Of a DNA stretch of 64,000 nt, positions 46,806 through 58,653 are shown piece by piece. Source of the stretch: Hyphochytrium catenoides (Eukaryota; Protista; Hyphochytriomycota); contig FLMG01002622.1 of NCBI GenBank assembly GCA_900088475.1, positions 1-64,000 of the forward strand, written 5' to 3'. Below the pieces are notes generated by a model. That model saw only the letters and a program-made list of their open reading frames with translations, ran no database searches and was not told the DNA's origin. Positions within the stretch are counted from its first letter, which is position 1. Each line of letters opens with the position of its first letter. Position numbers and translations under genes: made by a program.

Positions 46806-48907
46806 ACACATTCAGCGCCCACTCCTGAGCATGATACCACCATCGGTCTGGCACTCTTCTGATGTTCACGAAGCATCGGGGTACCTTCCCTTCCTCATGA
46901 GAATAGGCAAGGCGGAAGAGACAACTGAGCAGGCAGGTGCTAGGCGCTTTTCCACTCGTGAGCATGTGAGATATGATGGCGAGACAGTGGCAAGTAGCGC
47001 AAATGACAACTATTCTGAGCTCGCCTTCTGATCTAAGCTTCACTCTTTCTGTCCACACCTTCCGAGCCGGCCGCTCGGTTGAGCTGATTTTCTCTCCCTT
47101 TTTCTTCCCGACAACTCTTCTTTCACACTCTATTCTTCCGCTCCTTTCCTTCTTTTATACCTAGTCCATGCACCCTACCCTCTCTTGCTCCACTAACGGT
47201 TTGATGGGAGGTACAGGGTTGAAGGTACAAGGGCTGCACGCATCGTTGCAGATCTTGACAGGTAGCAGCAGGGAAGAGGAGAAGAGGACGGAGCGGTCCA
47301 TCTCCGCTCTGTCCCGTTCGATACCACATGTTCCATGGGTCTCTCCTCCCGACTGTGCCTTCACCTTTCCATGTCTCCCCTTCCTGAGGATAGACAGATA
47401 CTGGTGACAGTCAGACCTTCTTGTTGTCTCCCTCTATTGGGCTATGCGGCTATCTGGTGTTCGGCAAATTCTGTAAGTTGTTCAAAGGCACTAAGCAACA
47501 ACGTTTTCAAAGCCGTCAACTTATATGTTGCCATGACGCATCGTCTCGTCTTGAAGTGGGACGACATAGAGTGACCAAGCAAGAGAGACCGTCCGAATGG
47601 AGAGAGGAGAGGAAGTAGAATTAGAAGAGAGAGAGAGTGAGACAGGTCTCGGGATTAGCCAAGACTGCGCCACGGATCAAATCTGCAGACTGATTTCTGA
47701 AGCCACGATAAGCTCCAGATACCGGCCGACAGATACCGATAACGAATCCGCAACGAGAACTAATCTGAGCTGGCAGCGCAACAGTCAGAAGAGCCTCAGT
47801 GCAGCTTCAAGGCAGTAAGTCTAATCGAGCGGCCTTCTAACAGGAAATAGCGTGTTTAGAGTTATCGAGATAGAGCCAAATCCTGACTGACTGTCACTGC
47901 TTTCTTGTTCCTACTTCCTACTGCTCCTATCATCTATCCTAGCTTCTCTTTTCTCTCTCTCTGTGCTCTCTCTGATCTCCTCGTCTCTTGCTGCTCTTGC
48001 CTACATCCCTACATCTTCGTGTACCCTATTCTACTGCTTAACACACATGATCCCCCTACTGTTCTCCACACCCGAAGATCTCTCCCTTCTGACCATCACT
48101 CCTTGAGTCCCTTACTGACTTCTCCTGCTCCTTCCTTACCTTCTGACAGCTCCAGTCCCTGGCCTGTTCTGATCTTCTGATGATGCACTGTGAAGCTCCA
48201 GCCATCTCCAATTAGCATGAGAGAGTCCCAGAATCTTTCTCATCTAAACCGCAAATCGGCCAGTCAAGAAGCCTCACAATGTCCCGCAGCTGCTTCAGCT
48301 CAGACGTCCTGTTACAGAGAGTAGAAAGCGACAGAGAGCGGAAAAAAGAGAGAGAGCGACGGCAAAGCGAGAGCGAGAGAAACAGAAAGCGGCAGAAGAC
48401 GGAGGAGAGAGAGAGAGAGCCGGGGAGAGAGAAAGAGGACTCAGTTGGAGTGGCCGAACCAAGGGGGAGGAAGAGAGATAGCACACACGGTAGAAAGAGA
48501 CACAGAAAGAGACATAGGGAGAGAAAGAAGAGGAGAGAGGAGGGATGAAGTGGGCTGTGATTAGAGATGAGATGAAGAGAGACAAGCCGATGATGGTTAA
48601 ACAGACAAACTAGTTTTTGCCTAGTTCCTAATTGGAGTTTGCCTAGTGCTCAAACAACATCGGTTTGAATCGCACAGCCACCATATCTCTCCTGTTTAGC
48701 CTTCAAATGAAGCGCCAACAAAGACAAGTGATGAGTGAGATCGGAAGAAGCCAAGGTCAGCCAAATGCGGAGCGAACTTAGAGAGAGAATGGCGCAACGC
48801 TTCTTCACGGACAACAAGGAACTCAATTCGAGAACTATAGGTCCCATCAAGGTGATAGAAACTTGGCTGGCGTGCTCGAGCCCCCGAAAATCGGCGGTGT
48901 CAGAACT

Positions 48908-48958
48908 GATGAGCTTCACGAAAGGATGAGCTTCACGGAAGGATGAGCTTCACGGAAG
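48908..48958 (+). repeat. 17-bp tandem repeat x3
   Basis: GATGAGCTTCACG(A/G)AAG repeated three times. Confidence 0.9.
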
Positions 48959-50803
48959 GATCAGCTATACCGTCAGACAGTAAGATAGTAGCACCATCAC
49001 AAGCAGCTTTATTTGGCAAGCTTGGGGGCGCGACGGGGGTTGGACAGAAGAGCCAGATGAGAGTCCGCGGAAGCAAGAGACGTCCTGTTGCATGGTCCCT
49101 GGAAGCTGACATGCCGATCAAACGCTTTCTGTTACTATTCTTTACTATTCTCAATACAGAGGTCATATGTCCGCCGCCATGAGAAAGGGCGGTCCCGGAT
49201 CTGTCTGGACACTGGACAGACTGACGTCTTGACATGTCCAGTAGTTCTCCACCAGAGGAACGTGTCCAACATACAGACACAACGGCTAATAATAAAACAG
49301 TAGTGCGTCTCTAAAACAGTAGTGGGTCTTTGTGCCTTAGATTACCGCTACTCGTTCTCAGAAAGAGAGAGAAAAAAAGAGGGGAAAAGAAGAAGAAAAA
49401 TAATAACCTAGGAACTCACCTCCTGTGTGGGTATAATGATAACGGTGCACTTAGCTATTCTTTATTCTGTTTTTTATAGAACTGCGAGAAGAAGAAGAAG
49501 AAGGGAGAAGAGGAATATAACTGAAGACGAGACGAGAGCTACGGAGTCCTGGAGACATCTTCAACACACTCTCCTCCGCCTACCTTCAAGAATGAACACC
49601 TGAAAATGAAGAAGAATCATGATTACTTCTTAAAGCGGGGGAAGAAGTAGAAAAAGGAAGAGAATAAGAAGGTGAAGGGTAAGGCAGCGGAAGAAGAAGA
49701 GACAAGAAACCTTGAACAATAGAAAGTTATTAGATCAGAATAAAAGGTCAATATAACTAAAGCTACGCTATGTATACGGAGCACTCCGTCTTCATTTACA
49801 ATAGAGAAATTCGGTGCACTTTTGCGAGTGTAGGAAGTTCTCCCAAGAATCAATGCTGGGTCATCTTGCTTCCCGTCGTAGTTCTATGTCAAGCTTGTTC
49901 CTGTGAAGGTTCTGAAGTCGGACAGTACTTAGTACTATGGTGACAGAAGGAGAGAGCCTTACTACTCGTACCTTACTACTATGATGGCCACGGTATCTTT
50001 GCTGAAGTTCAAGACGACGATATTCGGCGAGGCGTTCCTTCAGTTGATGATGAACAATAATCACTGTGGACGGCTACAGCTAGTTCTATTCTTTTTGCAA
50101 AAGAGAGAGGAGAAAGAGAAGAACCACAAGGCCTCTTCTCTGTCTTCTCTTCAGTAGAAAATAATGTCAGTGAAAAACTAGATGGGGATTATTGTCCATC
50201 TCTTGACTGATGATTGAGGGAGCTATCTGCATAACAAACAAGGGCTAAAAGCAAGGAGAAACGCGTGCCCATAGATAATGTGCCTAGCAGGACCAGATCG
50301 GACCGTTGTTTCCTGGAGACATTATCTATTCGTAGTTGTACGCCGACTTTTTTGCCTCTTCTTTCCCGTATAGTGTAGAGTTCTATCCCAGTCACTTCTG
50401 GAGGCGAACCTATGCACATTCCATGAAGAAAGCGACGGGAAGCCTGGTCATGACTAGCAGTTCTACTACTGTTACACTTGTACAATCTCGTTGCGTCCGA
50501 GTACGGGATGCTTGTCCTTGATTAACAGGTGGCGACACTTCGGTCAACCCCAACCTGGTCCCGACCACTTCACTCATCAACTTTCCTCACCTGCTGCTAC
50601 CCCAATTCTTCCGTCGACGACGGCCGATAGCAAACATCTTCTTTGAGTGGGTGGAGCAGCAGCTTCACAACATCACAAGCTTCTTACCATCTCCAGCACT
50701 GGGTTGGCGCCTGTTGTCTGTGGTTGTGCGCTTACGCCTCCTAGTCGTCAAGAAAAGCTTGTAGCCGTTCGCCGCACAGCGAGAAATTAGAGTGCGCACC
50801 ATT

Positions 50804-51618
50804 ATGGTTGAGGACGATTCTGCTCCTAATGCCGCCCGTGTGGTGATAGTACTACTGTTTGTCGCGCCGCTTCTACTCTCACCTTTGCTTGTCATGGGTT
50901 TCATGATGCTAGGAAACTGGTCCGTGAACAAACCTCGGAAGGCCATAGCGGGCGCGGGCTTTATCTTTGGCATCCTCCTGGTCATCGACGTGTCCTTTCT
51001 GTTAGCAGCAAGTCTAGAAATGGCTGCAGTCTTATTTGGGCCATGACGGGTATTGCAATGTATATTACTGGGGCAGTGCTCGCGGCTATTGCGTATAAGT
51101 ACCCTATAAGCAGACTGGTTACAATGATTCTCTGCGCAGGACCAGCCACTGCTATTGGCATCGTTGTACTACTCTTGGTGGTATATCTTAGCCTTCTTTT
51201 CCCATCAGGCAAGAACTATGATAAAGACGCTTTTCAACGTGCACTAGGTACATATTGTCCGTTGGGGCTTCTGCTCTTAAGTATGGTTTTCGGCTTTATG
51301 ATGTCAAGAAACTTTTCCGGCGGGAATCAGCAGCAGCTACAGGGAACACGGGAGTTCGTCCTCTATATTTGCTGCTGGGGTATGCTGTCATTGGCGATCG
51401 GCTTGTCTCCTGTACTAACATTCTTCACACTATGGTTGATGGCAGCGAGCATCCTAGCGTCAGCCTTCGTCCTGGTACTCATCCTTCTTACCGTTGCCAT
51501 GGTGGGCCGCAAGATTTTCATCACCTTGACTGGAAGACTTAATGACATCCCCCAGTTCAACGAGGTTGTGGACGAGCCTGTGGCCAAGGATACCGTGTAC
51601 GTGCAGACCCAACACTAG
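50804..51618 (+). pseudogene. 7-TM paralogue 5, split by a frameshift near 51030-51046
   Basis: 50804-51046 encodes TM1-2 (WSVNKP, AGAGFIFG); 51043-51618 in another frame encodes TM3-7 (MILCAGP, LQGTREFVLYICCWGML, LNDIPQF, VYVQTQH). The frames overlap at ATGA. Confidence 0.8.
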
Positions 51619-52483
51619 CCACGTTCATCCTTACTATGGACTGTAAGGCGCAGATCCGGAAGAGCAGAGCAAAAGAGCAGAAAAAGGACCTCAAGAATAA
51701 AGGCACACGGAGCTCCTTACAACCAAGGAGCAGTGTATTTGCCCTCTGCCGGAGGCACTTACAGTCTTGGAAGAGGATGGAAGTGCGCGCCGCCCACGAG
51801 CTGCTTCTTGGCTAAGATCCCAGTGATCATCGACCATTCTTGTACTATCTACACTTACTGAGCACGCCTGTTAAGGCTCTGAAGAAGGGAACAGGCTGCC
51901 CTACAGGTGAAGTCCTTGTGCGGACGGACGTTCGCTTTTCTTTCTTATTCGGAGCCGGTAAACCTTTGGGGCTCGGGGGCTCGGTCCCGCGTAGGATCAG
52001 TCCTATCAAGAAAGCTGGTGCTCCATCCATTCACCTTTAATGTTCCATCTTATACTCAGCCTTTCCTTCACTGCCACTAGCAAGCTGGTCCTGCTGGTAG
52101 GCACTTCAAAAAGAATAAATTTTGCTTCGTTAAGTCTATTGTCTCATACATCGGCCGGCCGCCAAAGAGGTCTTCGATATAAAGACAGTGAGATCCGCAA
52201 TTGACTAAGAAACGAATGCAGATTTCAAAGGGCAGTTGTTGGGCCGAAGTTAGGAGTGGCGCTGCGACACAACTTGGTCCTGTTCAGCTTCAGAGAAGAA
52301 AATAGTGAGCGGAGAGAGGTGTTTCCTGGTGGTCAAGAGTATAATGAGAAGGCGTGCGCTTCCAGGAATGCAGCGAGAAAGGCAATAAACTATATATGAG
52401 AGCAGGGGAGTGAGAGAAAGAGAGAAGTTTCAAAGAGCAAGAAGACTTGAGATCGCGAGCGAGAGAGAAAGAAAAAAAAACCC

Positions 52484-52537
<54 letters not shown>

Positions 52538-52762
52538 GAGAGAGAGAGAAAGAGACTTGATGGATTCTTCACAGGTCATTGAGCCACCGAAACGTCAACT
52601 GTAACCAACCAGAGTCATATAAAGCGAATATTCCCTTCTGTTGAAAGATTTCGCTCTATTTACTATGCTATGTAATGTAACTTTCAAGAAGACATTGAGA
52701 ATGAAAATAAAAGTGATGGAGTCTGTTTCACCTGGTGAATAGCTCGCCCCCCACCTTCTCTC

Positions 52763-52816
<54 letters not shown>

Positions 52817-52838
52817 NNNNNNNNNNNNNNNNNNNNNN
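52817..52838. other. Assembly gap inside a (CT)n microsatellite
   Basis: Run of N flanked by CT repeats. Confidence 0.99.
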
Positions 52839-52874
<36 letters not shown>

Positions 52875-53842
52875 CTTCTCTTTGCTCTCCCTTCTCACAA
52901 TATTCCTCTTTCTCTCTCTCTCTGTATTTCCCTCCCTGTTACCCGTCTCTCTCTCTTTTCCTGCAATACCTATCGTTTATAAGACACCTTCGTCCGCCAT
53001 GGTAACCCTCCTCCTCTCTCAGAAGTCTTGCTGCGGCTCATCAGTCCAACCATCAAGACAGCTCGAGCAGGGAAGGATGGCCGTTGGGAGGTTGGCTGCT
53101 CCGACTGACCGCCTCGCCGCCCACGAGGATGTGGAGGGTGCTGCATGCCTTCCAGGCAGCCAAGCGGAGAGGTCTAGAGGTCTTCTTCTTCTTCTTCTTA
53201 CCGTTGAGCACCCTCCCACCGGCGGCTCTCGATGGCGCCCAGGGGCCGCAGAGGGAGAGTAGAAGAAGAGAGCAGAACAGGAAGAAAGATTGGATTGGGA
53301 GAAGGAGAGGAGAGAGAGAGAAGGTTCCCTCTCGAAATCTCTTTCTAAAGCATACGCAGTCTTCTGCATTCTCCCTCTAGGAGACATACCTTCTTGGCGC
53401 TGCGTCGTCTGCCAGGAGTTAGGCTTAGCTTTCGATGGAAGAAGCCAACCAGTTAGGGTCCATTTCCTCTTCTTTCTCTTAGGATAGAAGGCTGGCTCAA
53501 GCTAGTCCCAGAGGTCTCTCTCCCTACTGTCTCTTGTCACTACCTCTCCCTATCCTTCAATCTGCAGAGATGATGAGGGAACTGAACTAGAAGTAGATTT
53601 AAAGCGGAAGAGGAAAAGGAGAGAGAGAGAGAGAGAGAGAGAGAACAGAGAGAGAGAGAGAAAGAGAAGAGTGGGGCATTCTGCTCGGGAAGCGAGGGAG
53701 AGAACCACCGGTAGACTTCTGCCTGACAGAAAGTCAGCTATAAGCGATGTCTGGGCCAACTCGCCAGCAACAAGCAGCAGCTGCTCTTCCTCCTTCTTGT
53801 CCTAAGTCTTCCCAGCTTTCTTCTTCTCCCCACTGGCGGTGG

Positions 53843-56800
53843 ATGCTGCCCAGCAAAGCCCTGCTGGGTCCTCTGCTTCTCGCTATCAGTCTGTTGCTTC
53901 TTCCCCAGCAGCTGGCCGCGCAACGAGAGCTAGAGTCAGGTCTTGACTCTCCTCTTCTTGGTTCTGATCTCTGGGCTCGCGATGCTTCTCTTTCGCACCA
54001 TAGGAATAACCCGTTCCAGACCTCTGGAGGAAGGAAACATCCGCGTTTCGCGCCTTTCCATGGCGTCCACGGCGGCTTCGAACATGAGGAGCTGGCGCAG
54101 TTTAGGCTGCAGGGACAAGGAGACAATGGTCTATTTCTGAGTCGAAGAGTAGTGAGGACAGCCATGGAGCTAGTAGCTGAACTACGAGAAGGGATGACTG
54201 AGCTGCGAGTGGTGCAAAGCTTAGCTGTTAAAGACCAGCTCCCTGTCTCTGGAGTGTGGGAGAGATCGAGAAGGAGGGAGAAGAGGAGTCTGTCTTCTCT
54301 GGCCGGGAAGTCGTGAGCTGAGAGCGCCTGGTGGGCTGATCATCTATGAGACAGAGAGAGCTCAACTGCAGGACTATGTGCAGCGAGTGCTCCTCCGGAC
54401 GGCGAGCCCGAAGAAGAGTTGCGAGGAGCTGGTAGAAGAGATTGCACGGCAATCCTTCCTCGGCCGTCCTTCTGCTGAGAGAAAAGAAGACGACCAACCG
54501 CGAGCAGATGGGCAACAAGGAGAAGAAGAAAGGACGAGGGAAGAGATGGTGGAGACGCACCCTGTCATCTTTCTCCATCTTCTGCAGGATGTGATGGGAT
54601 ATCTGCAGCAAAGCTCTCTCTTCATTGCCACGCAGGTGCCAAGTCCCACGGGAGAGCCACTCTGCATACTAAGGGACCACTCTCCCATCACGAGCAAGGA
54701 ACGAAGCGCATCTGCGCCAAAGAAACTCCTCTGGGAGAGTGCCAGACTTCAGCGTAGCCACATACGCGCAGAGTCTTCCTGTCAGGAGCTGGTAGATGTT
54801 ATACAGCCTCAGAGACATCGCGCTCCTTCTCTTTTTGGTTCTGTGCCATCAGAGGCCATGGAGAGAGATCATCCTACTACGGATGCCCCGTCCGTAGCTG
54901 TTCCAGACAGGGATATGACCTCTCCTCTTTCTTCTAGAGCCAAGGGTCTAGGGTTGCAACTGCCCATGATGGATGATGTGAAGAAAGAAGCAAGGCCTTG
55001 GCCGAGAGGGAGAAAAAGAAAGGAGAGCGTTGAGGCTCCTCGACGGCTGCACTGTCTGGGCTACCTTCCACCCTCGGAGTGGTCTCTGTTCCTCTCTTGC
55101 TCAATTCCGCTGCCTGGACCTGACGCTGCTCGTGGCAGCTGCTTGCTGGCGGACAGAGAGACGGGAGAGCTCTTTCTTGTGGACACGCGGACCTTATCGA
55201 GTCGGACAAGTCTCCGTCCATTTCAGACCTGTATGGACGCTACTCGGCCGCCAGGCCGCGAGGCTTTTCAGCAGAAGGTGCAGATGCTGCCTGGCTCGTT
55301 TGGGACGCTGGACGAGCATCGCAGGCTTGTCTGCGTCAGTTATTATGGCTCTTCAATGGACGGAGCAAGACATTGGGACGCTGGACCGAAGAGGTGGGAC
55401 TGTGGATTGACGGTGGCGCTGCCTCAATTGGATGGCATCTGTGAGTATGTTGACCCTTCAACAGGCGTTCTTTATACTCTCTCTCTCTCGAGTCTTGGCG
55501 CGCGATGGCATCCTACCAGCTGTGCCTCTCTTCTTCGAGAGCTTAAACAACAGGGAGAGAGAAGACATGGCGCAGGAGAGAGGAGGAGGGGGAAGTACCA
55601 TATGGTTTACACCTTCCAGGAAGCCAAGAGTCTTCTTCAGAGCAATCCCAGTCTGCAGTGCGTAGCGAGGCGGCGTACGCAGGGCTGTGACCCTGATGGG
55701 CCTCTCATATCTTTTTATGGTTATGACACCGCCTCCTTCTCCTGCGACCAAGAGGTAAACAAGCTCGAGTCTGGCTTCTGCGAGTTCCAGGACAGAGAGA
55801 CAGGCGAGTATTATGGCCTCCTGCCCATGGGCTGCTTTGAAGTCTCTGCTTTTAAATGCTCACAGCTGCGGAGACTCTTTGACCTAGCGGATGCTATAGA
55901 GACCCTTGCTCATGGGAACAACTCTTCTTCTGGAACGGAAGAGGAAAGAGATGCTGCTTCGTTGACAAAAGAGCCAATCCAGAAGGGAGAGAAAGAGAGA
56001 GAAGCCGTCTCCCCTGCTTCTCTGTCCTTCCTGAAGAAGGTAAGAAGAGGAGGCGGCAATGGAACTGCAGACAGAGAAGAGTTTGAAGATGCCTCTTCTT
56101 CTCTTCTTCTTCCGACAGAGCTCCTGCCTGCCAGACGGGGGATAGTCATTTGCTTGAACCCTAAGGACTTCCTCAACGCTAAGGCTTTGTTGGCAACGCT
56201 GAAGAGGCTAGGGACTAGCCTGCCAATAGAGATATGGGCAACAGCGGAAGAAGAAGAGGAGATGCGAGGGATCCAGAGCAGCCTGCAGCAGCTGTACCCT
56301 CTCCCTCTTTCTTTTCGCTTTGCCTCCGCCTCTCTCTCCTCTCTCTATCGAGGTGGGGCCAACGCGTGGAACAAGCAAGAGTTCCGTTATATGATCAAGG
56401 TCTATGCGCTCTTATGGACTCACTTTGACCAAGTTCTCGTTCTTGACGATGACAACATCCCTATCCGTGATCCTTCCTATCTCTTTGATTCTATGGCCTT
56501 CAAGGAGCATGGCAGTGTCTTCTGGCCTGACTTCTGGCACAATGAGAACGTTCATTTCCTAAGGCTGGATAGCGCTAGCTATGTATGGGACCTGCTCGGC
56601 GTGAGAGCCAGGAGAGGAGAAGGAGACGAAGGCAAGAAGACCATGATGATGGACATGCACGAAGTAGAGAGCGGACAGCTCTTGGTAGACAAGAGAAGAG
56701 CCAAGAAAGCACTCGAGGTTCTCTCTCTTCTTTTAGAAGAGAATGACCTGATCAACTACTTTACCTGGGGAGACAAGGAGATGTTCCGCTTTGCCTGGGC

Positions 56801-58232
56801 CGCCGCAGGGGAAGGCCACTTCATGATCCCATACAAAGCAGCCGTCGGAGGCTACTTAAGAGCTGATGGGCAAGGCTTCTGCGGCCAAACGATGGTGCAG
56901 CATGACCCTGAAGGCAGAGTTATCTTCCTTCATAGAAATGCGGCGAAGCTGAAGAGAGAGGACGGCCGACAGCTCATCTGGCAGTACGTGCAAGAGTATA
57001 ATGGCCCGGGTCGGGGTCGCGTTGACTTTAAGGATGACTGCTATTACTACGAGGACTCCACTGACCTTGTCCCTTTCTCTAAGATTGGAGCGTCTATCTC
57101 TGATCTGGAAGAGTATCTCCTGACCGAGGTAGCTGCTGACACGCAGAGAGCTGTGGAGATGAAGCAGCGGCAGTGGGCCCAGCATGCGCTGCCCCGCGAG
57201 GAGGAGAGACGGGTGCAGTATGAGAGTCATCGCCGTCTCTTAGAGAGAGGAAGCGCGCTTATGAGAGAGAAAGTGGCTGTCTTCGGCCTTTATCTCCCTT
57301 CTCGATCGACTCATAGCCTTCGCAGCGTCAAGCCTTTTGTCCAGACAGCAGCCAACGTGTTCAAGGACTTCTATGTCGTTCTTTCAATGGAAGCTGGCAT
57401 AGCTAAAGCCACTGTGGAGCTCGCCGCCTCGTGGAAGAGTGACGATCCTCAACACGTCTTCTACTTCCAGAACATGACTGGAGAAGAACAGCAAGTTCCT
57501 CCGTTGCACAGTGGAGAGGAGAGAAAGAAGAAGGGAGAACACTTAGGCGGAGGAAACAGAGCCAATAATAGGGCAAGAGAAGAGGAAGAAAGGGAAGAGA
57601 GCTTCCTCCGCTCGCTTCACTCTCTGTCGGCCGACTTTGCGATTCTGATAGATCCACGTGCCTTGCCTTATGGCTGGACAACGGACGGACTCTTCTCTTC
57701 TTTCGGATACTTGGCGCGAGCGCGGGAGGAGGAAGAGACAGAAGAAAACCTTGGGAGAAGAGGAGAAAAAGAGCCGGGTCAACACGAGGAAAAGGAGGAG
57801 GAGGACAGGAAGGACTGGGCTGTCCTCTGTTCTCATCCGACGCGATGGGACGGGCTTAGGGATCAATCTCTTGCTTACAAAGTGCTAAAGAGACCCATCC
57901 ACGACCTACTGGAGCAACCTTACGAAGTAGACTCCTGCTTGGCCAACGGAGTTCGGATCTATGATCTTTCAAGAGTTGGGGAGTGTCTCTTGTCTACTTC
58001 CTCCTCTATTGAGGGACAGCAAGAGCGGGATAATAGGAGAGAGGAAGATATATTTCCCGTTTTCTCTTCATCTTCTTCTCCTCCCCATCTCTGTTCTTCC
58101 TCCGTCGATGAACCAGTGGCTGCTGTTCCACCAGTGGACGAACAAGAGAGCTTCCACTCGTGTTTGAGGAGTAAGCACTTGAGAATAGGGGTGAACCCTG
58201 CGCAGGTAGCCCGCCAGGCGAGAGACGGTTGA
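53843..58232 (+). CDS. Large secreted/Golgi glycosyltransferase: Cys-repeat N-terminus + GT71 (MNN2-like alpha-mannosyltransferase) domain + degenerate second GT-A-like domain
   Basis: GT71 motifs RRGIVI, LPIEIW, IKVYALL, LVLDDDNIPIRDP, VFWPDFW, ESGQLLVDK, WGDKEMFRFAW, MVQHDPEG, FLHRN. The frame is open 54225-58232; a signal-peptide ORF starting at 53843 joins it through a frame change at ~54224. Confidence 0.85.
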
Positions 58233-58590
58233 ACGTCGGTAAAGAGAGCGAAAAGAACAGGGGAGACGAGACTGACCCCATAGCGGCACACAGGAGAGAG
58301 AGGAAAGGAAGCAATGTGTCGTTGAGGCGGGAACGCTCGCGCGCGAGAAAGACTATCGTGGGACGGGGGCAGAAGGTGGATGGCTCAGTGGAGGTTCCTC
58401 TCTTTTGTTTAGAGGTTACTTCCTCTCTTTTCTTATATTTATGAATAGATAGCGTCCTTATATCATCCTCGGGTCCTCTCTTCTTCTATTTCGTCTTGCT
58501 CTCCTCCACAGCGTGCGGACAGCACTACCGCTTGATGATCTTACTTCAAAGAGAGGACGAGAGAGAGAGAGAAAGAAAGATGAAGAGAGA

Positions 58591-58653
<63 letters not shown>

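Noticed and set aside
48908-48958. CRISPR-like short repeats (also 31798-31836, 41250-41283, 41583-41619)
   Set aside because: Adjacent tandem duplications without spacers, in a eukaryotic context with no cas genes.
33912-51618. Naming the 7-TM proteins as rhodopsins or class A GPCRs
   Set aside because: No retinal-binding Lys in TM7 and no DRY or NPxxY motifs; family left unassigned.
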